From: Bacteroidetes bacterium OLB10
GTDB lineage: Bacteria; Bacteroidota; Bacteroidia; AKYH767-A; OLB10
DNA length: 64,000 bases
Assembly: GCA_001567275.1 (NCBI GenBank)
Contig: LNBX01000046.1
Span: forward strand, 129,769-193,768
Reading direction: 5' to 3'
Each line of letters starts with the position of its first letter. Positions within the stretch are counted from its first letter, which is position 1. The position numbers and the translations under genes were made by a program. This document shows, in pieces, positions 24,201 through 33,693 of the stretch. The notes under the pieces were generated by a model. It saw only the letters and a list, made by a program, of their open reading frames with translations, did not search any database and was not told the DNA's origin.

Positions 24201-24330
24201 GCTTGTTATTTCCAAAGAGATAAAAACCTACTATGATTTGAATGACTATAAATACACCGACAGGATTCGGTTTGTATTTGATTTACACAAACTGAATCCT
24301 GTCAGGCTAAGAGACTTATACAGTCGCTGA
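21289..24330 (+). CDS. M1-family zinc metallopeptidase with long C-terminal extension
   Basis: Signal peptide, YFQQQVEYKI, QWYPKPAVYD, GMEYP, HEVGHNWF (HExxH), WMDEGINS, YGAVVYSK. Confidence 0.9.
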   Translation: MIKIINRKFAGIISMCSFCICQLASTAFANNDKAYFQQQVEYKISVTLDDKKHQLSGDAEMKYINHSPDILTEIYFHLWPNAYKDRTSALCKQLVSEGNMQLYFAPDSLRGFMDELDFKVNNKPVTVVYDSLNADICRLILNQPLKPEDSITITTPFRVKIPDAKFSRLGHIGDSYMISQWYPKPAVYDKFGWHPMPYLSQGEFYSEYGSFDVRITLPENYVVAASGYLQTPSEIEFIKNKIAESSSVATYSSDNSFPISSDKFKTIQFVIDSVHDFAWFADKRFHISHKTIQLPQSGKQVECYAYFTNSQPYLWLKAASEVADAVRFYSEKVGEYPYGICTAVDGTLAAGVGMEYPTITVIGNSTSEADLCESITHEVGHNWFYGILGSNERDHAWMDEGINSFYEISLRDFKYKDKNYIRDYLQLPEWMIKKAGVENLKPFDLNNLFYQLLARQNNDQPGDLSSSCYTPLNYGAVVYSKTAVNFYSLKKYLGDSLFDSCMQQYFQEWKFKHPSPDDIRQVFEKVSGKSLNWFFKGVITSKDKSDFKIVGVKKVSNGYSLRLKNSGQLSVPVSISAYRNNQFLKSVWVEPFSNKTDVTFTTDDADYFLADSPDYSFDYYPLNNFCRSRGIFRRFNKVEFSFLSKYENPLSTQLFYLPAIGYNSYNGLMAGVILHNISALKKKFEFSLMPMYGFKSRTPAGTAMFNYSFLLDKTFIDRIDVTANPRYFRADRQYLNSRNEFYNQDYFSLPVHIKFRVARAYCKPDVEYSFRVSNILNHIRQYEYKPDHLYWQRRMYQQVALLRNSYSQTDPSTVEWMTERGEDYIKSQISVEKEFTLTKHKKDLYLRFFAGTFLYKNNYDGEANFTSSAWMGRDDYLLQEFFSGRNDGSGFWSHQMVMRAGGMKAYYPVKTNHWMFGINTSVKTPLPGIRVFADLISFYKASAVTPGASSVRYDAGICLSIFKDAVEVYLPLVISKEIKTYYDLNDYKYTDRIRFVFDLHKLNPVRLRDLYSR

Positions 24331-24331
24331 A

Positions 24332-27300
24332 TTATTTATACTCTGAAAGTTTTATTCGATAAGGTTTATCGTTGAAGTACAGTGTTACGTTGTACAATCC
24401 TGCAGCATAACCTTCAGCAACTGCACTGAAAGGAATTCTGTAATCACCACCTGATTGATAACCTAAATCTATATTCTTGATAATTCTTCCGGTAACATCA
24501 GTTATGAGTATTACTACTGTTCCATCTTCGGGCAACGAATAAGTAATCTTAGTGTTGCCATGATAAGGATTCGGAATAGCTGAAATAGTCACCTGATTTC
24601 TGCTTGAAATTTTAGCATTTCTTATCGGGCTGTATTCAAATTCGCCATTGTAGTCAACCTGTTTCAGCTGATAGTAATACATCACTCCGGGTTTAACATT
24701 CTTGTCTTCGAAACTATAATTGTTCGGAGAGTTGGTTGTTCCATTACCATCTATCCAGGCAATATTTTCAAAGTTGTATCCGTCAATGCTTCGTTGCAGA
24801 TTGAATCCTGCATTGTTCTTCTCACTCGCAGTTGACCAGGTGAGGAATATCGAATAATCACCGGCAGTAGCTTCGAAAGAAATTAATTCGACAGGCAATG
24901 GTGATGGTTTACCCTGTAAGGTTCCCATTAAGAAAGGCTGACCCGCCTGAAGATTCATTCCTACACCATTTCTGAGAACAGCAGTAACCGGTGGTGTAAC
25001 GCATGGTCCTGTGATTATTGGAGGGATAATCCATCCAAGTCCTTCAGGATTTGTACCAACGGTAAAATTGGATTTCGCATTTGTATAGTTGGTGTTGTAA
25101 AGTGTTACATTAGCCTGACTGTTTGCAGTACCTGCAGGAGTCAGCGTCCAGTAACCGTTGTTCAACATAGTGTCACCATAGTTTACCAAACAGGGTGCAT
25201 CCAATCCAATACTCCATACTACAGAGGAGAATTCATTAAATTTTGCCTGAATACTTCCCACTGCCGGATCAATTCCATTGTACAAATCAAGATTTATTCT
25301 CTGGTAACCTTTGGTTGCATTACCCACAGGGAAATCATAGTTGCGCGCTGCAATACTTGAAGGCACATTTCTTCTCAACAAACCTTCAACATAGCTGGAT
25401 GCATTACCCGGGCTTACAGCAGCGGATGCATCATTCATTATTTGTACCTCATTAGCACCTGTAACAATTTTTGAAGATAGTAAATTCAAACTTCCTGTTG
25501 GGCCAATCTTCATGTTACTTAAAAGATTTACTGTCCCTCCGGTTTTATTTACAATAACATTTGTAAGCGTGTCAACATCATAAATATTCTGAGTTGTAGT
25601 GCCTGATAATACTAAATTACCATTGTTACCCATATTAAATTGTCCGGCAGCATTAGTAAGGTTTCCATTCAGAGTAAGCGTTTTGTCTAAAGCATCAAAT
25701 CTGGAACTGGAGCCATTTATCGTAAGACTTCCCTGCATATCCATATTTTGTTTTAAGGTGACAATACCACCGCTTTTATTTATCTGAATATTTCCAATTC
25801 TGTTCGGGGCAACAAGGTTACCGTCTATATCCTGATTAACTGCAGGAATGGTCATCATGAATCCTGATCCCGGAGCTATATCTAAGAATCCTTTATTGGA
25901 AATATTTCCACAAACAGTCAGATACTGGAAACTGTTGATTGCTAAAGATCCTCCTGCTTCAACATTTAAATCTTTGCAGGAAGCGCCTGCAGTTTTTACG
26001 TTAGGCTGATAAGCACTCGAGAATGGAATAATTGCATTTACTGTACAACTTGGAATATTGCAACCACCCCAGTTGAGTGGATTAAACCAATCATCATCTT
26101 CAGCACCTGTCCAGTATGCATTTGCTCCTGCTGCTGTATAATCTACCGGTGAACCTGAAGGGAACTTTAAAGTAAATCCGGATGAGCTGTTGGTATAGTT
26201 ACTTACAATGAGCAAGTAAACTTCTCCTGCAACAACATTAATTCCTGTATTATATGCTCCCCCAAAACCAGGATATTCAGGCGGAGCAGTATTATTAGTT
26301 GTGCTGTAAAGGCCGGTAACACCTAATGGGCTGTAATTACATCTAACTGCAGCAGCACCGGCTTTTATTCCATTGCAATCAGTTGCTCCTGCACCTGCAA
26401 TTTTCCAGATAGCAAAATCGTAATCGGTACAGGCAGTTGTCGGGGCTCCAATCCAGTCGTTGGGAACAATAGAAAATTCTAAACGACCGGTAGCATTAAT
26501 ATTTATCTGATACCATCCGGATCCTCTTTCTGCTCTTGCAAGACAAGTGCTGTTTTTTGGAAAATCGCAACTGTTTCCAAAAGCCTGGAATCCCGGATCA
26601 CCAACTTTTATTTCACTATTACATACAATGATTGGTGATGAACATTCCTGTCCGAAAATTTGTGGTATGGCAGTTCCGGTTTCAATTGCAAAAATGCTGA
26701 ATGAACCTGTTGCTGAACCTTCACCATCAACCATAACATAATATGTCTGACCTGATGTTAATCCGGTTAATTGCAACTGTGAAACAGAGGTAGGTGAGCC
26801 ACCACAGGATGGTGCATTTGTATTACAATCAACCAAGGTCATTCCACTGCCGCATGTTCCGCTATATACTGCAATTTGAGTTTTTACCATAGTTCCCTGT
26901 ACTGTTCTTACTGTAACATTGCCTGATGCAGGTGCTACAAAACTATACCATACAGTATTTACAGAATTAGGAGTGGTCCAGCATGCAGGTGCGGGTGGTT
27001 CTCCACTGCCATCAGCACAATGTGTATTACCTGTATAATAGTTGCCTAATACCATACTCTGTGCATTACATGGAAGATCGTTGGCAACAGTATTGTTATT
27101 TGAAATGCTGATGTTATAATCTGCGTTAAATGGATTTGCTTTTGTGTCAACTATGATATAATAAACTCCTGCAGAAGGTAAAGTTACACTTCCGGTTAAC
27201 GAACCACTTACTGCACCACCCATCGAGCCAATGCAGGTTGCAGAACCACTGCTTGGACATCCTTTGTAAACCTGATATCCGATATCATTGGTACTTGCAC

Positions 27301-29596
27301 CTGTAATTGTTATTGAAATACACTGCGCAGATGCAACAGCCAAACTGTAAACTTTATCTTCGCCCGACTCATAGTCTGTACCGCATGAACCGGGTGAAGC
27401 ATTTGTGTAATCATTGCCAAAGCATGCAGTTGTTTCATGATATTTTGTATATGGAAGAGTTGCAATTACCACAGGTGTTGCACATGTATTTCCAGCCGTA
27501 CTTGTTGAAGGTGCTGAAATAGAAATTTTATAAGGGAAACAGGCGGCTCGTGAATCTACTACAAGATAATAAGTAGTTCCGGCAGTTACATTAACGCACA
27601 ATGTAATATCATTGTCACCTGTTTGATTAGCCACACAATTTGGAGCACTACCGCAACCTGACGGGCAGCCATCATATAAGAATACACCGGTATTATTAGT
27701 ACTTGAAGTAATTCTGATAACAATATTTCCTGATGTTGCAGGAGTAAAAGTGTAAACATAATCTTCTCCCGCCTTGTAGGTATTATTGCCACATGTTGGC
27801 GTATTACCTGATGTCAAATCATTTACTGCACTACATGTTGTTTGGTATTTTGCAGAGAATGGTAATGAACTGATATTGGTTAAACCTGTTCCTGTATTGC
27901 ATGTTGGTGCACTGATTGTAAAGTTTGTAAAGTTTAAACAACCTGTTCCTGACTGACAGTCCATCACTACATAGTAAGTTGTGCCTGCCTGTGCGCAAAA
28001 GTTGACACTCTTATTTCCGTTACCTTGTTGATAGGTTACACAATTGGCACCATTGCCATTTAATGGACATGCATCATAAACAGCCAGATTATTCCCTGAA
28101 GCTCCTGATGAATAAGAAACTGTAATATTTCCGGATGTAGTTGGAGTAAACGACCATACTCTGTCTTCGCCATTAAAATATGCTGCAGAACCGCAGGTTG
28201 TTATTCTCGAAGCATCAATATCATTCACCATGCCGCAAGTTGTACCTGATGCAAGTGTGTATGGAAGAGAAGCTACTGTAGAGTAACCTGTACCTAAACC
28301 ACCCGGACAAGAAAAATCACAAGCAACGCTGTAAGTTGGTGCAGTGATATTGAAATTTGTAAAAGCAAAACACGAAGTGCTGGTTTGACAATCAATCAAA
28401 ACATAATAGGTAACTCCGGCCTGAGCACAAAAGCTCACACTTTTATTTCCGGTGCCTTCCTGAGTGGCCACACAGTTGGCACCTCCACCGGTTAGCGGAC
28501 ATGCATCAAACACCGAAAGAATAGTTCTGTTAGCACCACCTGTATTGTATGAAACAGTCACATTTCCGCTTGTTGCAGGAGTAAATGACCACGCTCTGTC
28601 TTCACCATTATAATAATTTGCTGTTCCGCATGTAACTATTCTTGTTGCATCAAAATCGTTATTGTTTCCACAGGTAGTTCCTGAAGCCATATTATAAGGT
28701 AACGATCCAATAGCTGTAAAATCTGCTCCTAATCCACCGGGGCAAGAGTTAATACACCAAGCATCATATACAGGAGCACTTATGGTAAAATTTGTAAATG
28801 CAAAACATCCCGGGGATGTTCTGCTGTCAACCAAGACATAGTAAGTAGTTCCCGCCTGTACACAAAAACTAATGCTCTTTGACCCTGCACCTGATTGCGA
28901 ACTGATACAACTTCCACCGTTACCAGCTAATGGACATCCTTCATATATTGCAAGAACACTTGCAGTGGTTGCAGTATATGATACAGTTACATTTCCACTT
29001 GTTGATGGAACAAATGACCATGCCATATCTTCACCATTATAATAACTTGCTGCACCACATGTTACAATATCACCACTGCGTAAATCATCAACCTGACCGC
29101 AAGTAGTTCCTGAAGCTATAGTATATGGTAACGAAGCTACGGCAGTATAACCTGTTCCTAACCCTACAGGGCATGGCACTGAATATTTATAGGCAAGCGT
29201 TCCTAAGTTCCATTGGGTATTGCAATTACTTCTTGATGTAACAACCCTGTATGTTCCTGATGTTGCACAAGTCCACTCCAGATAAGAGCGGCTTCCGCAA
29301 TAGTCATCATTGTAAGCTCCGGGCACAGCTACACCTCCACTGGTGTTAATTGTTATCTGCGTATTATAACTTGAACTACCTCCATCAGCGCCACAGAAAG
29401 AAAAATAATAAGTGTACCCTGCTGTGGCAGAGAAAGAGTAATAGTATTGCCCGCGTACAGAAGTTGTATTCCAACTGTTTGTTGGAGTAATGCTTCCTCC
29501 ATTGGAACCACCTGTACATTGTGCCTGTACCTGCAGATTCGAAAGAATCAACAATACAATGCATACTATATTTCCAAATGTTAAATATTGTTTCAT
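24332..29596 (-). CDS. Large Cys-rich T9SS type A surface protein / putative adhesin
   Basis: Signal peptide ending QAQC; tandem ~140-aa repeats; SprB-like N-domain motif (DYDFAIW..VRCNYS); low-complexity beta-helix-like region; PLPVELISF..ASEKNNAGF..YYQLKQVDYNG and IPNPY CTD. Confidence 0.85.
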   Translation of the reverse strand: MKQYLTFGNIVCIVLLILSNLQVQAQCTGGSNGGSITPTNSWNTTSVRGQYYYSFSATAGYTYYFSFCGADGGSSSYNTQITINTSGGVAVPGAYNDDYCGSRSYLEWTCATSGTYRVVTSRSNCNTQWNLGTLAYKYSVPCPVGLGTGYTAVASLPYTIASGTTCGQVDDLRSGDIVTCGAASYYNGEDMAWSFVPSTSGNVTVSYTATTASVLAIYEGCPLAGNGGSCISSQSGAGSKSISFCVQAGTTYYVLVDSRTSPGCFAFTNFTISAPVYDAWCINSCPGGLGADFTAIGSLPYNMASGTTCGNNNDFDATRIVTCGTANYYNGEDRAWSFTPATSGNVTVSYNTGGANRTILSVFDACPLTGGGANCVATQEGTGNKSVSFCAQAGVTYYVLIDCQTSTSCFAFTNFNITAPTYSVACDFSCPGGLGTGYSTVASLPYTLASGTTCGMVNDIDASRITTCGSAAYFNGEDRVWSFTPTTSGNITVSYSSGASGNNLAVYDACPLNGNGANCVTYQQGNGNKSVNFCAQAGTTYYVVMDCQSGTGCLNFTNFTISAPTCNTGTGLTNISSLPFSAKYQTTCSAVNDLTSGNTPTCGNNTYKAGEDYVYTFTPATSGNIVIRITSSTNNTGVFLYDGCPSGCGSAPNCVANQTGDNDITLCVNVTAGTTYYLVVDSRAACFPYKISISAPSTSTAGNTCATPVVIATLPYTKYHETTACFGNDYTNASPGSCGTDYESGEDKVYSLAVASAQCISITITGASTNDIGYQVYKGCPSSGSATCIGSMGGAVSGSLTGSVTLPSAGVYYIIVDTKANPFNADYNISISNNNTVANDLPCNAQSMVLGNYYTGNTHCADGSGEPPAPACWTTPNSVNTVWYSFVAPASGNVTVRTVQGTMVKTQIAVYSGTCGSGMTLVDCNTNAPSCGGSPTSVSQLQLTGLTSGQTYYVMVDGEGSATGSFSIFAIETGTAIPQIFGQECSSPIIVCNSEIKVGDPGFQAFGNSCDFPKNSTCLARAERGSGWYQININATGRLEFSIVPNDWIGAPTTACTDYDFAIWKIAGAGATDCNGIKAGAAAVRCNYSPLGVTGLYSTTNNTAPPEYPGFGGAYNTGINVVAGEVYLLIVSNYTNSSSGFTLKFPSGSPVDYTAAGANAYWTGAEDDDWFNPLNWGGCNIPSCTVNAIIPFSSAYQPNVKTAGASCKDLNVEAGGSLAINSFQYLTVCGNISNKGFLDIAPGSGFMMTIPAVNQDIDGNLVAPNRIGNIQINKSGGIVTLKQNMDMQGSLTINGSSSRFDALDKTLTLNGNLTNAAGQFNMGNNGNLVLSGTTTQNIYDVDTLTNVIVNKTGGTVNLLSNMKIGPTGSLNLLSSKIVTGANEVQIMNDASAAVSPGNASSYVEGLLRRNVPSSIAARNYDFPVGNATKGYQRINLDLYNGIDPAVGSIQAKFNEFSSVVWSIGLDAPCLVNYGDTMLNNGYWTLTPAGTANSQANVTLYNTNYTNAKSNFTVGTNPEGLGWIIPPIITGPCVTPPVTAVLRNGVGMNLQAGQPFLMGTLQGKPSPLPVELISFEATAGDYSIFLTWSTASEKNNAGFNLQRSIDGYNFENIAWIDGNGTTNSPNNYSFEDKNVKPGVMYYYQLKQVDYNGEFEYSPIRNAKISSRNQVTISAIPNPYHGNTKITYSLPEDGTVVILITDVTGRIIKNIDLGYQSGGDYRIPFSAVAEGYAAGLYNVTLYFNDKPYRIKLSEYK
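27110..29175 (-). repeat. Five tandem ~140-aa intragenic repeats (three closely similar, two diverged)
   Basis: CPxGLG..xxSLPYxxASGTTCG..D..TCG..YxNGED.xWSFxP.TSGN.TVSY starts near 29175, 28745 and 28309 (about 430-436 nt period). Diverged units start near 27902 and 27484. Confidence 0.85.
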
Positions 29597-29621
29597 ATTT
29601 TAACTTTTTTGTTTTTAATGT

Positions 29622-29987
29622 TTAATTGATTGAACGACTATAATTGATTTCATCTTTGGCATTGCAGTCCTTTTCAGCACTTTGGAATGTGCCTTCTCTT
29701 TTTACACGATATAAGTAGTCATGACTTTCTAACACGTCTTGAAATTTGATCAGACTGGATTCAGGCATTCGCACCATTAACAACTTTCGGCTTTCGCAAA
29801 ATCCATAAAATTCCAGGCCGGGGATTTCATTTAATGTTGATTTAAACGATTTCATTTGTTTATCCAAATCCATATAAGGCATTTCAAACACATATTCTTT
29901 TGAAACCGGGGATTTGGTTTTTTCAGTTTGGGCAAATACGTTTATTGCAGCCAACATGAACAACAAGAGGTATGTAAATCTTTTCAT
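29622..29987 (-). CDS. Small exported hypothetical protein co-oriented upstream of the T9SS adhesin
   Basis: Signal peptide ending VFA-Q; 121 aa; 25 nt upstream of the 1754-aa gene. Confidence 0.7.
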   Translation of the reverse strand: MKRFTYLLLFMLAAINVFAQTEKTKSPVSKEYVFEMPYMDLDKQMKSFKSTLNEIPGLEFYGFCESRKLLMVRMPESSLIKFQDVLESHDYLYRVKREGTFQSAEKDCNAKDEINYSRSIN

Positions 29988-30164
29988 ATTAAAATGATAT
30001 TTTCGATGCGGTGTATACGCCTTGCCTGCCGGGGTGGTTACAATTTCCTCAAGTTGTTTTAAGTGTAAGGATTTTGAGTAAAAACAATTGTTATTTGGTT
30101 GAATAGGAGTTATGAATTTGTATCGTTAAAATGTAGAAATTAGCACCGTTTTCAGAAAAAGGTT

Positions 30165-30908
30165 TTGAGTCAGAAAAAAATATACTTCTTCAGCGATTTT
30201 CACCTTGGTGTTCCTTCTTATGATGAGAGTCTTGTAAGGGAGAAGAAAATATGCCGTTGGCTGGATGAAATTAAACCCACGGCATCAGAATTATTTATTT
30301 TGGGCGATGTGTTTGATTTCTGGTTTGAATACCGGCATGTGGTACCTAAAGGCTATGTAAGATTATTGGGAAAATTGGCAGAATTTACTGATTACGGAAT
30401 TCCCGTAACCATTTTTACGGGCAATCATGACATGTGGATGTTCGATTACCTGCCGCAGGAAATAGGTGTTAAATTACTGAGAGAGCCTAAAGAATATGAT
30501 TTCAACGGCAGCAAATTCTTAATTGGGCATGGCGATGGCTTAGGCCCGGGAGATCATGGATATAAGTTCATTAAAAAAGTTTTTGCCAATAAATTTTGTC
30601 AGTGGCTGTTTGCCAGATTGCATCCCAATTTTGGTATTAGTATGGCTAATTTCTGGAGCCGTAAAAGCAGGCAACATACCGGCCATCATGATGCCGTTTA
30701 TCTTGGAGACGACAAAGAGTTTTTGGTTCAATACATAAAAGAAACCGAAAGGACCCGTCATTATGACTATTATATTTTTGGTCACAGACATTTACCGATT
30801 GATAAACAAATAGAGAACAGCCGTTATATTAATCTGGGCGATTGGATTATGTATTTTACTTACGCTGTCTGGGATGGCCATAAACTTGAATTAAAAAAGT
30901 TTACCTAA
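30165..30908 (+). CDS. lpxH: UDP-2,3-diacylglucosamine diphosphatase
   Basis: YFFSDFHLG, LGDVFDFWFEY, GNHDMW, HGDGLGPGDHGYK, FGHRH, YINLGDW. Confidence 0.9.
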   Translation: MSQKKIYFFSDFHLGVPSYDESLVREKKICRWLDEIKPTASELFILGDVFDFWFEYRHVVPKGYVRLLGKLAEFTDYGIPVTIFTGNHDMWMFDYLPQEIGVKLLREPKEYDFNGSKFLIGHGDGLGPGDHGYKFIKKVFANKFCQWLFARLHPNFGISMANFWSRKSRQHTGHHDAVYLGDDKEFLVQYIKETERTRHYDYYIFGHRHLPIDKQIENSRYINLGDWIMYFTYAVWDGHKLELKKFT

Positions 30909-30914
30909 TCTGAA

Positions 30915-32767
30915 ATGCCTGTTGCTGAACGTAAGTTAAATCTGAAGGCCGGTGCATGGTATTTTCTTTCAATAGCAATACTGGCAATTTGCATTGCAAG
31001 CAGGTATTTTAAATATATGCAAATTGATGGCGACTGGCTTACTGTCATCTATCTGTTCGCAGCTACTGTCAGTCATTTCGTTTTACTTTCAATGATTGTT
31101 TATGCAGTCTTATTTATTCCTCTGATATTTTTTATACGCAATAAAAATATCCTGCATTGGTATGTTGCATTAATTTCTACTTTGACTTTGTTGCTGCTAT
31201 TGCTCGATACTTATGTTTTTGATTTATATCGTTTTCATATTAATGAATTTGTTTTGAATCTGGTTTTTGGTGGTGCTTTCAGCGAAATTTTTTGTTTTAG
31301 ACACAATACTTTATATAAAAGCAATCACTGCCTTTATTGTAACTTTAATGTTGTTGTATCTGCTTGCAAGATTTATATGGCGAAAAAACTGAAAAAGGAG
31401 TTTTGAGGAATGGTAAGGTTATAGCTTACCTGATGGTGGCATTGTTTTTATTTACTCAGTTTACACATGTTTGGGCCAGCGCAGTGTCTTACCGTACCAT
31501 TCAACAGTCATCTTTGTATTATCCGCTTTTCTTTCCGTTGAAGGCTAATAAACTACTTGCTAAAATGGGAGTAAAATCCAACGATCGGTATAAGGATATT
31601 AATATGGACGAATTTGATAATAATACTCTGCATTATCCTTTAACAAAACTGGAGTTTCAGAATACTGATAGCGTTCACTTAAATATTTTGTGGATATTGA
31701 TTGATGCATGGCAGTACGAAACATTTACCAAAGAAATATCGCCCAATATTTATTCCTTTGCACAGGATAAAATTACTTTCGACAGGCATTACAGCGGAAG
31801 CAACGGTACGCGTGGAGGTATTTTTTCTTTGTTCTATTCATTGCCTTCTTTATACTGGAATGATTTTCTCTATAGTCGTACTGCACCTGTTTTTATGGAT
31901 GTGCTGAAGAAATTTAAATACACGCATGCCATATATGCAAGTGCACCACTTACCAGCCCTGAGTTTGATAAAACCGTTTTTGCAGGAATGAAAGATGTAA
32001 GACTGAAAACACCCGGAAATAAATTTTATGAAAGAGATATACAGATAACCAAGGATTTTTGCAACTGGATTGATACAAGTACTACCGGCAATCCATTTTT
32101 TGGATTTCTGTTTTATGATACACCGCACAATTATAATATTCCACCTCAGTTTCCGCATCCGTTTAAACCGTATTGGGATGTTATTGATTTTTCAAAATTG
32201 TCAAATGACTGTGATCCAACGGAGTTTTATAACAGTTATAAGAATACAGTGTGGTTTACTGATTCACTGATTGGACAAGTATTAGACAGGCTAAAAGAAA
32301 AGAATCTCACAGAAAACACTGTCATCATCATTTCGTCCGATCATGGACAAGAGTTTAACGAGAATAAAAAAAATTACTGGGGACATACCAGTAATTTTTC
32401 TAAGTATCAGCTGCAGGTTCCGTTTATTATTTCATGGCCGGGAAAACAACCTGCGCATATCAAAAAATTTACTTCACATTACGATGTTGTACCTACTTTA
32501 TTGCATGATATTTTTCATTGTACTACATCATCCGATAAGTTTAGCTTTGGAACAGACTTGTTTGATACTGTTCCTCCAAAGAGTTTTATTGCCGGAAGTC
32601 GAGAGCATTTTGCTGTTATTGATTTAGAAAATAACAGAATAAATACGGTATTTTTTAATGGAACAATATCCGTAACCGACATGAAACTGAATGAACTCAG
32701 AGAAAAGCCCAAGGGTCAGTTAATGAATAATGCTTTGCTGGAATTGAAAAAATTTTACAGAAATTAG
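30915..32767 (+). CDS. DUF3413 + sulfatase-fold inner-membrane protein (YejM/PbgA/LapC-like); two frameshifts
   Basis: TM region with LLLDTYVFDLYRFHIN. Removing one T (31288-31293) and one A (31383-31388) joins the ORFs through an extra TM helix (IFVLDTILYIKAITAFIVTLMLLYLLARFIWRKTEKG). Further motifs: LHYPL, ILWILIDAW, HYSGSNGTRGGIFSLFY, SDHGQEF, WGH. Confidence 0.82.
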
Positions 32768-33693
32768 TTGAGATATTTAGGTTTCAAAAATATCTCAGCA
32801 AGCATACACCTCACACTTCCACCACCGGTAGCTTCAATATGAGGTATGCCGGAATGTATGATAGCTGTATGTTTTTCGAGCTGTTTAATCTGAGATGGTT
32901 CAAACGACTGATAAGCTTTGGTTGACATAGCTAAAACAGGTTCTTTCTTGCTGTTCTGCAACTGTAATATATTTCCACAAAAATTATTTAACTGATTTCG
33001 GGTAATTTTTAATACCTCCGTTTCTGTCTCGGCCAATAGATTGTTCAGTTTAATTTTTCCTGCCTCATCGGCAATATTATCTTCAGCAACAACTATAAAG
33101 CCATTGCCAACACTTAAACACACATTGGTGTGATAAATTTGCTGATGTGCATCATCAAGAAAAGCAATGTTGCATGATTGCATACTGCAATGTTCTGAAA
33201 TTTTCTCAACAAGATTTGGATTTGTTCTGATGGAGTCTGCTGCAAATACTATTTTATTTTTTGTGTCAAAAACAAGACTACCTGTTCCTTCCAGATATTG
33301 TTCCTTCATGGCATAATCTCTTAAATCAATAATTTGCCCTACATCAAAATTATAGGAGAGATAGTCAATGATTTTTGAATTGTATTCTTCGCGCCTCGAT
33401 GGCGAACACATCGGATAAAGAATTATCGTTCCGTCTGTATGTGTGGTAAACCAGTTGTTTGGAAAAACGGCATCGGGCAAGTTTATACCTGATTGCTGAT
33501 GCATATACAGCACTTTAATATCATTATCCACCAAAGTCTGTCTCAGTTTTTCAGATTCTTTGATTGCAGCATTTCTCAATTCATCAGAACTGAGTTTGCT
33601 GCTATGCTGAAAAGAATTGCTTGCAGCGGTCTGATGATTATACCCAAATGAATCGGGCCTGATCATCAAAACAGTATCTGCAAACATTGCCAA
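32764..33693 (-). CDS. Amidinotransferase-superfamily hydrolase (CtlX-like)
   Basis: VLMIRPDSFGYN, PDAVFPNNWF, LEGTGSLVFD, IYHTNV, IEATGGGSVRCMLAEIF. Confidence 0.88.
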   Translation of the reverse strand: MAMFADTVLMIRPDSFGYNHQTAASNSFQHSSKLSSDELRNAAIKESEKLRQTLVDNDIKVLYMHQQSGINLPDAVFPNNWFTTHTDGTIILYPMCSPSRREEYNSKIIDYLSYNFDVGQIIDLRDYAMKEQYLEGTGSLVFDTKNKIVFAADSIRTNPNLVEKISEHCSMQSCNIAFLDDAHQQIYHTNVCLSVGNGFIVVAEDNIADEAGKIKLNNLLAETETEVLKITRNQLNNFCGNILQLQNSKKEPVLAMSTKAYQSFEPSQIKQLEKHTAIIHSGIPHIEATGGGSVRCMLAEIFLKPKYLN

